Positions 1 through 12,500 are shown, counted from the stretch's first letter. The stretch is DNA of 47,440 nucleotides from Piedraia hortae CBS 480.64 (GCA_010093745.1 MU006037.1:1-47440); one strand, 5' to 3'. Program-made: numbers and translations. The notes: a model not told the origin generated them from the letters alone.

Positions 1-59
1 GTCAACTAGTTTTCCGTAGAGATTTGTATGCAGGTACACATCTGCTCACAATTATAATA

Positions 60-282
60 CTCTGCAGAAGCTCAGTTGTGGGCAATTCTGCGTAACTATC
101 ACCGGAGTTCTGCTCATTGAAGCCTATGGAGCCTCCGATAGCAGGAATACCTTTCATGAACATTGACATCATCCATAAACATCAACTTTCTGCACAATCT
201 CCAAACGAGTGATGAGTCGCCTGGTTGCAGCATGACATCACACTGCATATACTGTCCGGCTGGCCAACCTGATTACAGCATC
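60..282 (+). repeat. Dispersed repeat, copy A left part (homologous to the reverse complement of ~17513-17727)
   Basis: Manual alignment: 'tgctcattgaagcctatggagcctccgatagcaggaatacc...gatgagtcgcctggttgcagcatgacatcacactgca' matches the reverse complement of the 17.5-17.7 kb region, 'tgctcattaaagcttatgaagcccacgatagcgggaatacc...gatgagtcgcctgggtgcaccgtgacatcacactgca'. Roughly three-quarters identical by eye. Confidence 0.85.
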
Positions 283-379
283 ATCCATTCAGTTGCCTTT
301 CGACCTCCATTCTCAGAACAATTTGTGAAGGCAAGGCGCTAATCACTCACCACGGGCTACACAGACAATCCCGCATCAG

Positions 380-705
380 ACGAAATCAGCCTGATATCAG
401 TCTGAAACTGATTGAAAATCTATCTGAGATCTGGCTGGTTTCAGCCCTGTGATTGGTTGGAGTCCGTGAAATATGTGCCTGATTTCAGGTGAGATATATC
501 CTGACTGCAAGCCTGTCATGGTCTATCTTCAGGCCTGTTCCTGTCTGATATCAAGTCTCTTTCTATGCGATATCGTATCTGTGGCAGTCTGACTCTAGCT
601 GGTTTCCGCCTGATATCGTGCTTGTAGCTCTCTGATTCCAGGCACTTCGTTAGATTGATACCAGGCTCAAATGGGCTGAAATCAGGTGTGCTATGTTCAG
701 AATTC
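380..705. repeat. Degenerate ~11-bp-period minisatellite-like tract (consensus ~GAWATCAGNCT)
   Basis: Successive units gaaatcagcct|gatatcagtct|gaaactgatt|gaaaatctatct|gagatctggct|ggtttcagccct. Palindromic CTGATATCAG at 391-400, CCTGATTTCAGG at 478-489 and CTGAAATCAGG at 676-686. Confidence 0.55.
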
Positions 706-794
706 ATGTTGACGACTTTTGGCCTATCTAGCAAACATGACACTGTGCCGAGGTTTTCTTGCGACCTACTTCCCGAAGGTCCAGGAATTACTGA

Positions 795-1765
795 TCAGGC
801 GGTTTGCCCGGCTAGGATCTTGCCGTCCTGGGAGACCCCGCCCACCAACTCACTTCTTCTCCCATCCACGGCGCTGGAGGTCTCGCTCGTGAATGAGCCT
901 CTTCGAGATAATGTCAGGGACTGCAGTTCATATGCGAAGAACTCACTTGTCTGCGGAAAGGAGGTGATAATTTAGGTCCCATTGCTCCAAAAAGTCGGCT
1001 TGGCTGGCGGAGCCTTACGACACCTTCCACTTCTGCAACGTGGAAGTCAGGATGATCAGCATTGGATTGGAACATGTATAATTGAACTTACCCATAGCGA
1101 AGCAGCCTTTGCCCGCTCCTCGGAGACGTTGAAGGCGAGAGGGATGGGCTGAAGATGGAGTGCGGTGAACACGCTGTCAAGCAGCATCTCCTCGTGGACG
1201 TCTCTTAACCGCTTTCGCAGGTCTTGATGCAGATCAGACTTGATCTGCGAGATCTCGGAGAGGACGGACTGTGTAGAGGCCTTTTCCATAACATCCCGGG
1301 AGCGCAACTTGGCCTAGAAATTCCATTAGAACGATCCTGATTCTAGAAAGAAGGTCGTGTTGAAGCTCTTGCCGCGATGGCGAAATTGTTGCCCCACAAC
1401 GCGCCCCCAGCGTGCTCCCAGAAGAGCAGCCGCCGCATTGCAGCGCAGATTCCCTAAGGTAGAATTAGCCTTGTCCCTAATCGCATTGAAAATGAAGGTC
1501 TTGACTCACTTTCTTGGCCGCTTTCGTTCCGTGCATTTCGCTCACCCGCGCGTCAAGGGCCTGGAGGCGGGCATGCATTTCTTCAATCATCGTGACGAGC
1601 TCGCCGATGCTTTTAATGGCAGCCCCTAGGGCCACGTTGGCGACGCCTGGAGAGTTATTACACCGATTTGGTCGCTCAAGCCCAGAATTGCTTACATATC
1701 TCAACCACATCCTCCAATAGAAAGGTGCTGCTAATATCAGATGTCCTGACTCTGCTTACTGCATC
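795..1765 (-). pseudogene. Degraded multi-exon gene of unknown function with a coiled-coil-like segment
   Basis: Four intron candidates with canonical signals and genome-typical size: 1647-1695 (GTAAGC..CAG), 1454-1509 (GTGAGT..GCTAAT..TAG), 1033-1091 (GTAAGT..CCTGAC..CAG) and 901-946 (GTGAGT..CCTGAC..AAG). The spliced peptide reads ...LLEDVVEICVANVALGAAIKSIGELVTMIEEMHARLQALDARV... It needs one frameshift near 1360 and passes in-frame stops (e.g. TAA 1015-1017). The start codon is unresolved. Confidence 0.55.
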
Positions 1766-2005
1766 TGTCAGAAGGGTGAACCTCCGAGGATTAATGGGGA
1801 GCGGATATTGACGACAAAATTTTCACTCAACTTTGACTGAAAATGTGAATGTAGATGTCTATGTCTATATGAATTGAGGTTCGAAACCTTCCCCACACTA
1901 CCTTAGTCTAACCGCATTCGCCAGGACAACGTCAGCGAACCATACCCTTAAGCTTGAACGAGATAATGGCCAGTCCCAGGGAAAACTTCCTCTATAGAGG
2001 TAAAA
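1766..2005 (+). repeat. Dispersed repeat, copy A right part (homologous to the reverse complement of ~17273-17512)
   Basis: 'gtgaacctccgaggattaatggggagcggatattgacgac...aactttgactgaaaatgtgaatgtagatgtctatgtctatatgaattgaggttcgaaacctt' matches the reverse complement 'gtgaacctccgaggactaaaggggagcggatatcgacgac...aactttgactgaaaaagtgaatgtagatgtctatgtttatatgaagtgaggttcgaaacctt'. Similarity fades after 'gaggtaaaa' (~2005). Confidence 0.9.
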
Positions 2006-3388
2006 ACCCTGAGGAGTTTCGACTTCTATCTACAGTTGTGGTCATGGTAAGTGCCACATCAATTTGATACCTTAGTTTCACACCGCACCTTCGTCGATCC
2101 CCTGTAGAATGTCGGAAGGTTATGATAGAGGTAGTCTAAAACTGTTGTGCTTGAATTCGCTTCGAAAAGTCACACTGTCCCGCATCCTGATTCAGATCAA
2201 CTTACCATGAACGATAAGACGTGAAGTCTCCGCACAAAGGTGGATAAACGTGTATTTCTGTGTTTTTGACTACTGCCGAATCACGTTTCCAACTGAGTCG
2301 GGATGGTACCGGCCCAGGATGACGACACCTCCTCAACATTGTGGCAGATATACTCGTTGCAAGGAAAACTTTTTCTTTGAGGTTGAAACCCTGCGAAGCC
2401 TCGGACAACCTACCTGCACCCAGAACGCACTATGCTACAGAAATCTTCAAGGACTTTACCTTCATGTGAATATTAGCCTTATAATAATGTTGCTTCCTAT
2501 GCCTCCCATGCAGGCCTCCAACATGACCCTCAGCAATCCCAACTGGGTAGAGTCACCAAATCCCGACACCTATACTGCCCTAACGCAACCTCCATCAATA
2601 GAGCCGAGCCACCACAAATCAGCCCTCCCAACCCAGAGCCCACAACCGAAATCCCAACGTGATCCACGCCAACATCCCGCCCCTCTTCACAAAGCCCAAC
2701 GTCACCAGCAACCCAAAAACAACCAAAACAAAACCTCCCAAACTCCCCTCCCCCCCCCCCGGAAAACCCAAGCCCCACCTCAAACCCCAACGAAACCTCC
2801 TCCCAGCGAGACCCCACACAAAAAGACCAACACTCACACAACTGCCAGAAATCCACATTCCCTAAACCAAATCCAAAAAACTCAAAGACTAAGACAGTAA
2901 GATCACAAGCGTACAAACTCCCTCAGTGGGGTGTAGACTTCCTGCATAGATCTCAAACTCCATTATCGGGAAACAGTGCATAGCGGCATAAGCTACCTTC
3001 TTGTTGGGTGGTCAGCCTCATAGGCAGCGATACTGGTTTATGGTGTTTACGACGCTCTGCATGATGCTATTAAAGGGGACTTTATGTCTCTCGACAGAGG
3101 AAGGTGAAACGTTGTGAATGTAAGTGGGGAAGTGGGTGATGCCAAGACTGCCCCACTCGGCATGATCCAGCCCTACGCTGAGATCATGTGATCTCAACCC
3201 GGGAAAATTTTGTTCGTGTGAAATTTTGGAAGGTCTGGTACGCTCATATTCATCTCAGACGTCGCAGGTGCAAAACTCGACTGACATCCTATGGTGTAGA
3301 AGTGCGTAATAACTACGACACAGAATGACTTGGTTTATACACTTGAATGCTTGCCCATTTCTCGTCTGACTACAGTACTTTTGACAGT

Positions 3389-6300
3389 TTAAAAAGAAGA
3401 AATGGCCACGGCGATGACTTGCGAGTCGCTATGGCTGATGCTGACCGTCGTGGACTTGACTCCTGCTTTTGTCGCTGCGGCTTTTGCTTCTCCGTGGAGC
3501 TGTGCCATGTTAGTACGTTCACGATTATTAATAGAACAGACTTACTGTGACAGTAGGAGCGCCAGTCTCTCCGTTCGTAATTTCAATTTCCTTCAGAGGC
3601 GCGCCTGCACCCCTGCTCTGGACCTTTAAGCTTTTGAATACAGCCTCCTTGGCGCTCCATTTGCCCGTGAAGCTCGCCTGGGGGTTGGGAGCACGACGGC
3701 AATAGGAAATTTCTGCTTCGGTGAAGTTGCGCTCGATAAAAGTCCCATTGTGAATGTCAATTGCATCGATGCTTTCAATGTCTACTCCTGGGTTGGAGTT
3801 GGGCGACGCATTGACCTTCATCAGTGTCTCGACCATTTCTGTTGTGCTCTTGTCCTGCACCTTTTTGGGCGCACTGGTAGGATAGGCATATGTGGCTGAC
3901 TTTTTATCAGCGGCAACACGTGCCATTGGGTCGAGGAGGACCTGGCTCTGCTGCGTCTCTTCATACGGCGTCTTGTCCTTGGCCCGGAACATGGTGTTGT
4001 TGATGAGGCCATCATGAAAGTACCGGTAAGCCTTCCGTTGTCGTGCTTCGACCTTTTCCTTATAAGACTCAAACTGGGCTCGGTCCAGCGTGGCAAAGAG
4101 ATACTTTGGATGGATGCCAATCGCCTGAGCGCCTTTCTGACCGAAGCCGAATGAAGTGACGGAAAAGGCCTTGATGCCATCTGTCTGAATGCTCTGACTT
4201 GGATAGACAATGTAGTCAAACTTCTCCATAACCTTGTCAACATTGTCGGCATTGCGGTTCCCGGGTACGAGACCGGAATTGAGGACCTGCAAGCAGCCGT
4301 TGAACATCCACGCCCCAGCGGCGCCCTTGGGATGGCCAGTAAGATACTTTTGGAAGATGCCCAAGAGCGCATTGCCCTTCTTCCGACCGAGGTGCTTCAT
4401 TTGCTGGCAAATCACGTCCGACTCGTTCTTGTCATTCGCAACCGTAGAGGTACCATGGAACGAAGCTACGTCGAGGTCGTCAATCGTCAAATTCCACACG
4501 GCCAAAGCACCGCGCAGAGGAGCAATACGGGGATTTTGCTTCCAGAACGAGTTGCCTAAGCTGTTTAAAGCTTCCTTCTCCTGCCTTCTGGCCTCCCGCT
4601 CAATGTGGGCGGCGCGATCTTCCATGTATTCGCTCTCATTAAAGTGGTCATTCTGCTGCTTCATGACTGCGACCTCCTCTTGCAGATACATGAGCTCCGA
4701 CTCTTGCCAGATACGGATTTGCCTACGTCTCAAGTCCAGCTGCTTCCGCCGATACTTGATGTCCAAGAGCGGGGATGGAAACTTGGACACCTGCTCTCGT
4801 GCAGTGGTAAGTACTCCCTGCCCGGGTGCAGGTACAGACCGACCAATCTTGTCCGTGGCCGTGGCGGTGAAGCCGAGAATACCGTATATGGGTACGCCCA
4901 TGTCCAGAGCCAGCTGGGCGTCCATGATGACTTGCATACCGCAGCCCTGAGACTCCATGAACCCGTTACGCGTGGTGGTCGTTGGGCGAGACATCTCCTT
5001 GGGAGTACGTCCATGAGCAAACTCGTCTTCAGCATTGCTGGTAGCCTTCATGTTCGCAAATTCGTAGGATCCTTCCTCTTGGAAGTCGTCAAAGCCGCCC
5101 ACGAAACAGATACGAGCCTTGCCCTCGACAATGCAATCGTAGCCAATATCGATCGACTCCACAGCAGTAGCACACGCACCAACCGGAGTCCTGATGGGCC
5201 CCGTAGACGAGAGCAGCAGCATGTTGACCCAAGCGCTCATGGTATTGATGAACGATTCTTGGAGGATATCCTTTTGCAAAGGTTTGTCCAGAAATCGGTC
5301 CTTGTACATGCCACGCAAAGCGCTGGTTCCACCAATACCCGAGCCAATGCAGTTGCCGACTTCGGAAATATGCACGTATCCGTAGAACTCATAAGGGTCA
5401 GTGATGCCAGACGCCAACAAAGCTTCGGCAGTCGACACCAAGACGTACAAAGTAACAGGGTCGACCTGCGAGATGATATCGTCGGGAATGCCGTAACGCT
5501 TAGCATCCCAGCCGGTAGGCACTTGGCCAGCAACGAGGCGATCGAAACGAAGGGCTTTGGGAATGAGCAGCGTGGCACCCTTCTTCAGGCGAACCTGATA
5601 CTCGCCAGACTCCAGCTCGAAAATCTCGACCTTTTCGCCTTGTTCGCGTTGGAACTCGAAGGCAGTCTCCTTGGAAGCCTCAAACGGATCAAGGTCTTCC
5701 TCAATCTGAACCTCCTGTAACAGTTGCTTCTTGTTGGGATCGTAGCCGTGAAAAAGCTCAGGTTCGATCAAGCGAATGCCCGAGTGCTCCAAAATCTCCT
5801 TTTCGTACTTGGTCTTGACGTCCTTGTCCTCAACTGGCTCCCCGGTTTTGCCATCCACCCAGCCCGAGTAGCTCTTACCCTTGAGAGGACCGTTGTGGTT
5901 CTTGATGAGGCCCATGATCCAAGCCATCTCAACACAGCCTTCGAGAGAGAACTCGCCATAAGCTTCCATTTCCCATCTTGTTCGACTATTGCCCCATGGG
6001 CCAACCTCGGAAAACCCGGTAACGACGACAACTCTGCTGAGATCGACCATGCCTTTGAGGTCTTCGTTGAGCGGCTCAATCTCCTTCTGCCAGTCAGGGA
6101 GCTTTGGAAACTCAAACTTGAGGTTGGCACGCTGATCCACCTTGACAGTCTTGTAGAGAGCCTCGCTATCCTCGCCGTTCACAATCTTGTTCTCAATTGC
6201 CGATTCACGACTGACGGCTCTTCGGATCTCTGATGTCTCGGTCAGTTCCGTGCGCAGCCTCGTCATCAACTCCTTCAGATTAGGTAAGAATTGCAGGCCG

Positions 6301-9002
6301 CCGTTCAGGTCGGCAAACACCGGCTCTTGCTGGCACAAATTTGCAATGGGCGGGGCCATGAGACCGAGGATGTTGAAGGCCATCTCCTGCTGAGAAAATG
6401 TTCGCACTCCATACCTTTCCACACCCTCTGCAACAACATTATTACCACTCATCAATCCTGTGCCACGAGTCCATCCGATAACGGCACCGCATATGGTAAG
6501 AAAGTTGCCCCAGTTCTCCGAATGCCAGCGGTTGAACAAGGTCTCAAGGGCGAGCTTGGATTCAGAATAGAGACCGTCGTTGCCAAAGGTTCCGTGATTA
6601 GGCGAAAGGGGTAGGATGACCTGGGCCGGTCGAGTTTCGAAGCCACGCAGAGCCTTTTGTGTCTTCACCGCGCCCAGCATCCGCAAGAGATTGGTCAACA
6701 TGATGCGATGAGCCAACTCTGAACGGCTGTCGATGCTGTCGATCTCGCGACCATTCTCGGGAATGGCGGCAAAGGGAACAATGAAATCTAGATCCCAGCC
6801 AAGTCCCTTCTTCTCGTCGTAGATGTACTCGACCAGCGCGTTAACGTCCTGTTGGCTTCCCTGATTGAACGGCACCACAACCAACTGCGAGCCACGGGCA
6901 CCATATCTGGCGTAAATGCTCTGGTAGTATTCGGTGACTTGACGAGAGTAGCGCGACGTAGTAACCAACACGCGGGCGCCGCCACTGATGAGGCCCTGCA
7001 GGACGTCGGCACCGATAGACCCAGCACCAGCGCCCGTCATGAGCACGTCTTTGTTCTGGAATGTGACGCCCGAGCGAGCAGCCTCCTCGAGACCCTGGAG
7101 GTAGATGGACGTGAGCTTCTTGCTGTACTCCCATCCGTGCTCTTCTTTGCGCTTGAGGTGCAAGAACGGCACAGTCTCTACTTTGCCCGGCTTGGTATTC
7201 ACAGGTCCGGCCCGAGTAATCCTCTTGGATCCCTTGGCTCGGCCACTCTCCGAAGGCATGATTTGGCCCTCGTTCATGGCGAGAGACCGAACGATGTTGC
7301 TGTACAGATGCTTCATCTCCAACTGACAAGACTTGGACACCGTGTTTTGCTGCCGAAGGAGCTTGTACACGCGGTAAAGATCGTTCTGCACCTTGGCTCG
7401 GTTTCCATATTCCGAGATCTTGCCGCCCTCGGCCATCTCCTGCACATAGTGCTCTAGCTTGCGGATACTGGGCCGTGGAGCCTCCTCGTACTTCATGTTG
7501 CCTTTCATGTCAATTTCGAGACGAGGGGCAGTGGGCACCGAGACATCCTTGTACACCGGTGCATGGCCCAGAACATCTTTGCAGTTCTGTATCAGCTGGA
7601 GCCCGAGTTCTCGAGCCAGCTCATACGTCTCGCCACGGTCTTTGGGGCAGTGGTCAATGTGATACTGCATGAAGTCGAGAAGCGTAGGGTTTGAGCGGTT
7701 CATGATTAGCAAACACCGGCTGACAATCTCACGGTCAACGGCTTTCAACCGGCCAAAAATGACATCGAAGTAGAGATTGAGAGCATCTTGCCTGGCCCAA
7801 TTCCATGAAGAGTCGTAGATGCGGGCTTTGAGAGGGGTAAACGAAGGCTCGATGCCGGCTGCGTAGAAATCACCGTGCTCAGTGTTCCAGAGGTCAAGTT
7901 GGGCTTGGAGAGCGGCTTCGTTCTGCTTGCCTACTATGGCCGCCTTCTCGCCCGAGCGAAGGTCCAGTTTTAGGTACCTCGCGATGAGCTCCAGCTGCTG
8001 CTTGAACAACGCTCTCTGATCCTTAGTGAGGGCCTCAATGGCGGCCGGATCCATCATCATGCCACCTCCTGCTGTACCGCCCTCGCCAGCAGCCGGACCA
8101 GTGGATAGATCGATGCCAGCGCTTGCAGCATATTTCTGGGCCGTATCGTCCAGCCACGCTTTGCCATCAGCTTCGGAGCCCAGACGTGACGCTGGCTCCA
8201 TTGTCAAGCCCAGGAGCAGCACGCCGTCTTGCCGTCCAGGCCCCAGACCCCAGCGCGTTTCCAGGTGTTTGCGTACGGCTGTAATGTTGAAGCCACCGGG
8301 CATCTTGGAGGAAACCATGCGTGCAATGAGGGACGAGGACTGTTTGCCGAGTTGGCCGTTGAAGGTTGCCTGCATCGAGGCCCCCAGCTCGTCCAAGGGG
8401 GTGTCCTCGGGCTTCTCTGGCGTCGACCCAAACTCCTTGCCCAGATCACCAAGAATCTCGTTTTGAAGCGTCGACTTGCCGCCGACCAAATCCTTGATGG
8501 CTTTGTTTAGGGGAATTTCTTGAAGCGGCTTCTTCAGCTTCTGTGCAATGAGAGCCCTGAGCACGTCTACAGCCCCAACCGGCGCATCAGCCACCGCGGC
8601 TGCTGGTCCCGTACCGGCTGCCGGCGGAGGAGGGGCGGCGGCTGGGGCAGCTACGGGGGCATTGCCAGACGCCGCCGGCGGGGCAGTGGAATGGGTCGGG
8701 GCTGGGGCGGGCTCTTCCTCGGGGTCAACGTCGTAGTATATGTCCTTTGCGTCCTTGTTGTAGCAGAGAATCTGGCGCTGCACCGAGCGGGCTGCATCGT
8801 AGGCCTCATACTTGGCCGCCAGCGTTCGCCGCGCCATTCCGCCCAGCGTGTCGGCCGGCCCCACTTCGACGATTCGCTCCGTCGTCTTCTCACCGAGGAT
8901 TACATCTTGCGTCTCTATCCATCTTACAGGCGACGCAAACTGATATGCTAGCAGCTCCACGAGCAGTGTGTGGGCGAGCTCCTGCTCTACTTCAGGCCGC
9001 AT
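3389..9002 (-). CDS. FAS2: Fatty acid synthase subunit alpha (ACP, KR, KS, PPTase), ~1855 aa; exons 9002-3546 and 3499-3389
   Basis: Canonical N-terminus [36 protein letters not shown] motif [16 protein letters not shown] motifs TPVGACAT and SFHGTST, PPT motifs GVDIE and [12 protein letters not shown] 46-nt intron at 3500-3545 (GTAAGT, TACTAAC, CAG) restores the C-terminus LHGEAK...[17 protein letters not shown]. Confidence 0.98.
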
Positions 9003-9559
9003 GGTGGAGAGGAAGCAGCGGAGAGCGGAGCGGGAGAGGATGGGTTGAGGCCAAGCAAATGAACGTGTAGAAGAAAGCGGCGAGGGGGAGGCGTCGTCAA
9101 TCGATTGGCGTCGAGCTCTACGTCTTCGGCGGTCTCTGACTCGCGTGAGCTCCGGGGTAACAGTTAATGTTTTGATTAACGCGGGACAGCATCAACCAAT
9201 CAAATCTGTCTAATGTTTATCTAGACCTCAGTGGACACTTGACAGGGACAGCTGCCGTTGAGCGCGAACTTACACACGTCCGACGCCATCCAACGCCATC
9301 CAACGGTCGAGGAACCGTTGAACTGCGGGTGGGAAAGTGTCTCTGGTGTTGCGCCTAATCCGCCGACGTAATCGATTAGCTCAAGCCCCGCCAAAAACAA
9401 CCTCACCCCAAGTAATTCTCCCGTTCCTGCAACCTGGTAATGAGCCTCGTGTAATCCAGGGGGAGGCATCCACAGCGCTCTTGACCCGCACATTGATGCC
9501 ACAGCTATTTGTGTTCTCGCTAACTCGCCCAGTCTCCCACCCTCTATCCATACACCGCC
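9003..9559. promoter_or_regulatory. Bidirectional promoter region shared by FAS2 and FAS1 (557 bp)
   Basis: Divergent start codons at 9002 (-) and 9560 (+). CCAAT boxes on both strands (9104-9108 minus, 9196-9200 plus). Two AATCGATT palindromes (9098-9107, 9369-9378). Confidence 0.75.
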
Positions 9560-12500
9560 ATGCACGGCAGCGGAACACAGACGGGGTGAGTGTTAGAATC
9601 AGGCCACAGAGTGTAGACTGACACCTGAGCAGCGCCAGTACACCGCGGTCTCAAGCCGTCAACCGGCCGTTGGTCATCACCCACGGCTCCCTCGAGTACA
9701 CGCTCTTGATCCCCACGGCACTGCATTTCAATGCAACTCAGGCCAAGGAGTTGTTCTTATCCACCCTTCCAGAGCCCACCGACGAGCTCGCACAGGATGA
9801 GGAGCCCTCATCCGTCGTGGAGCTGCTGGCTCGCTACCTTGGCTTCATCGCCGACGAGGTTTCCGAGGGCGACGGCACCTACGAGGAGGTCTTGAAGCTG
9901 GTGCTGCACGAGTTTGAGCATACCTTCCTCCGCGGCAACGAGGTACATGCCATTGCTGCCACACTGCCCGGTATTGTGCAGAAGAAGTTGGCCGTGGTCA
10001 AGGCTTACTACAATGCTCGCGACGCTGTAGGCCGGCCCATTAGGAGTCATGAGTCGGCGCTGCTGCGCGAGGCGGCAGACGATAATGCCTGTGTCTATGC
10101 CGTATTCGGAGGCCAGGGTAACATTGAGGAGTACTTTGAGGAGCTTGGAGAAGTCTACGACACTTACCATCCGTTGGTCGCGGATCTCATCCAGACAGCC
10201 GCCATCCTGCTGCAGCAGCTCTCGCGCGATCCACGCGCTGAGAAGCTCTATCCCAAGGGCCTGGATGTCATGCGATGGCTGAACAACCGCGAGTCGCAGC
10301 CAGACATTGACTACCTGGTGTCTGCCCCCGTCAGTTTGCCGCTGATTGGCCTGACACAGCTTGCACACTACGTGGTGACCTGCAGAGTGCTCGGCACCCA
10401 TCCAGGCCACGTCCGAGACAGGCTTTCTGGCACGAGCGGCCATTCACAGGGCATTGTGACGGCGGCAGCCATTGCGGCCTCTAACAGCTGGGAGACATTT
10501 GACAAGATGGCTCGGGATGCCCTGACCATTCTGTTCTGGATCGGTACACGCAGCCAACAGGCCTATCCGCGCACTTCTCTGGCGCCAAATGTTCTCCAGG
10601 ACTCGATTGACAGCGGCGAGGGCGTCCCCACGCCCATGCTTTCCATTCGCGATTTGTCAAGAACCCAGATACAAAAGTACATTGATATTACGAACGAAAA
10701 CCTCCCGGAAGAAGGGCACATTGCCATCTCGCTTGCCAATAGTGCCCGGAATTTCGTCGTAACTGGGCCCCCAATGTCTCTCTATGGCCTTAATCAACAA
10801 CTCCGCAAAGTCAAGGCTCCCACTGGCCTCGATCAGACTCGAGTTCCCTTCACAGAACGCAAGGTCCGTTTTGTCAACCGCTTTTTGCCCATTACCGCTC
10901 CTTTCCACAGCCAATACCTCACTGAAGCCATCGGTCATCTTGAAAACGACCTCCAAGACATTCAAATCCAGTCACAGGCACTTGGAATCCCCGTCTACTC
11001 GACTTTCTCAGGCGAGGATCTGCGAAATCGCGGCAATTCCAACATAGTGCCTGAGCTGGTTAACATGGTCTGCCGAGACCCCGTCAACTGGGAAATGGCA
11101 ACCATCATGCCACATGCTACTCATATCCTCGATTTTGGTCCTGGTGGCATTTCTGGGCTAGGCGTGTTGACTAACCGTAACAAAGATGGTACCGGAGTGC
11201 GTGTTATTCTCGCTGGCACCATGGACGGGACCAACACAGAGGTTGGTTACAAGCCAGAGATCTTTGACCGCGACCAAGAGCATGCCGTCAAGTACGCAGT
11301 GGACTGGGTCAAGGAGTATGGTCCCAAGCTCGTCAAGACTTCGGTTGGCCAAACCTTTGTGGATACCAAGATGAGTCGGTTGCTTGGTCTGCCACCCGTC
11401 ATGGTAGCTGGCATGACACCCTGCACCGTGCCTTGGGATTTTGTGGCGGCAACAATGAGTGCGGGCTACGAAATCGAGTTGGCTGGTGGCGGCTACTACA
11501 ATGACAAGTCGATGAGTGAGGCCATAGCCAAGATTGAAAAGGCCATTCCAGCTGGTCGGGGCATCTCGGTGAATTTGATCTACGTTGCACCGCGGGCCAT
11601 GGCCTGGCAGATACCCATGCTTGCTCGTCTGCGAGCTGAGGGCGTACCCATTGAGGGCCTCACGATCGGTGCCGGTGTACCGTCGATAGAAGTGGCCAGC
11701 GAGTACATTGAAACACTTGGTATCAAGCACATTGGCTTTAAGCCTGGCTCGGTAGAGGCGATCCAGGCCGTTATCAACATTGCCAAGGCCCATCCAGAGT
11801 TTCCCGTTATCCTGCAGTGGACTGGTGGCCGTGGAGGCGGTCATCACTCCTTTGAGGACTTTCACCAGCCCATATTATCCATGTATAGCCGCATCAGGCG
11901 CAGTCCCAACATCGTCCTCCTTGCTGGTTCGGGCTTTGGTGGAGCTGAGGACACTTATCCTTACCTTAACGGCACCTGGGCACAAAGATTCGGTTATCCG
12001 CCGATGCCCTTCGACGGCGTTCTTCTTGCTTCCAGGTGTATGGTCGCCAAAGAGGCCCACACATCACGAGCAGCAAAGCAGGCAATTGTTGATGCTCCTG
12101 GGCTTGATGATAGTGAATGGGAGAAGACGTACAAAGGCCCTGCAGGTGGTATCATCACTGTACGTTCTGAGATGGGTGAGCCAATTCACAAGATTGCAAC
12201 TCGTGGGATCAAGTTCTGGGCGGAGATGGATCAGAAGATTTTCAGCCTGGACAAGGCAAAACGCATCCCAGAGCTTAAGAAGCAGCGAGAGTACATCATC
12301 CAGAAGCTCAACGATGACTTCCAGAAGCCTTGGTTCGGCCGGAACAAAGCTGGCGAGAGCATCGATCTAGAAGACATGACTTACGGTGAGGTCTTGCGTC
12401 GTATGGTCCAGCTCATGTACGTCAAACATGAGAAGCGGTGGATCGATAAGTCGTTGGCTCGTTTGACCGGAGACTTTATCCGACGCATCGAGGAACGATT

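Noticed and set aside
283..1751. Terminal inverted repeats or a transposase in the 1.48-kb segment
   Set aside because: The ends show only weak similarity and no DDE, RT or helicase motif is visible, so I did not call it a mobile element.
2530..2916. Overlapping P/T/K-rich and G/V/F-rich ORFs
   Set aside because: They are explained by extreme C/A strand skew, which suppresses stop codons. No domain signal.
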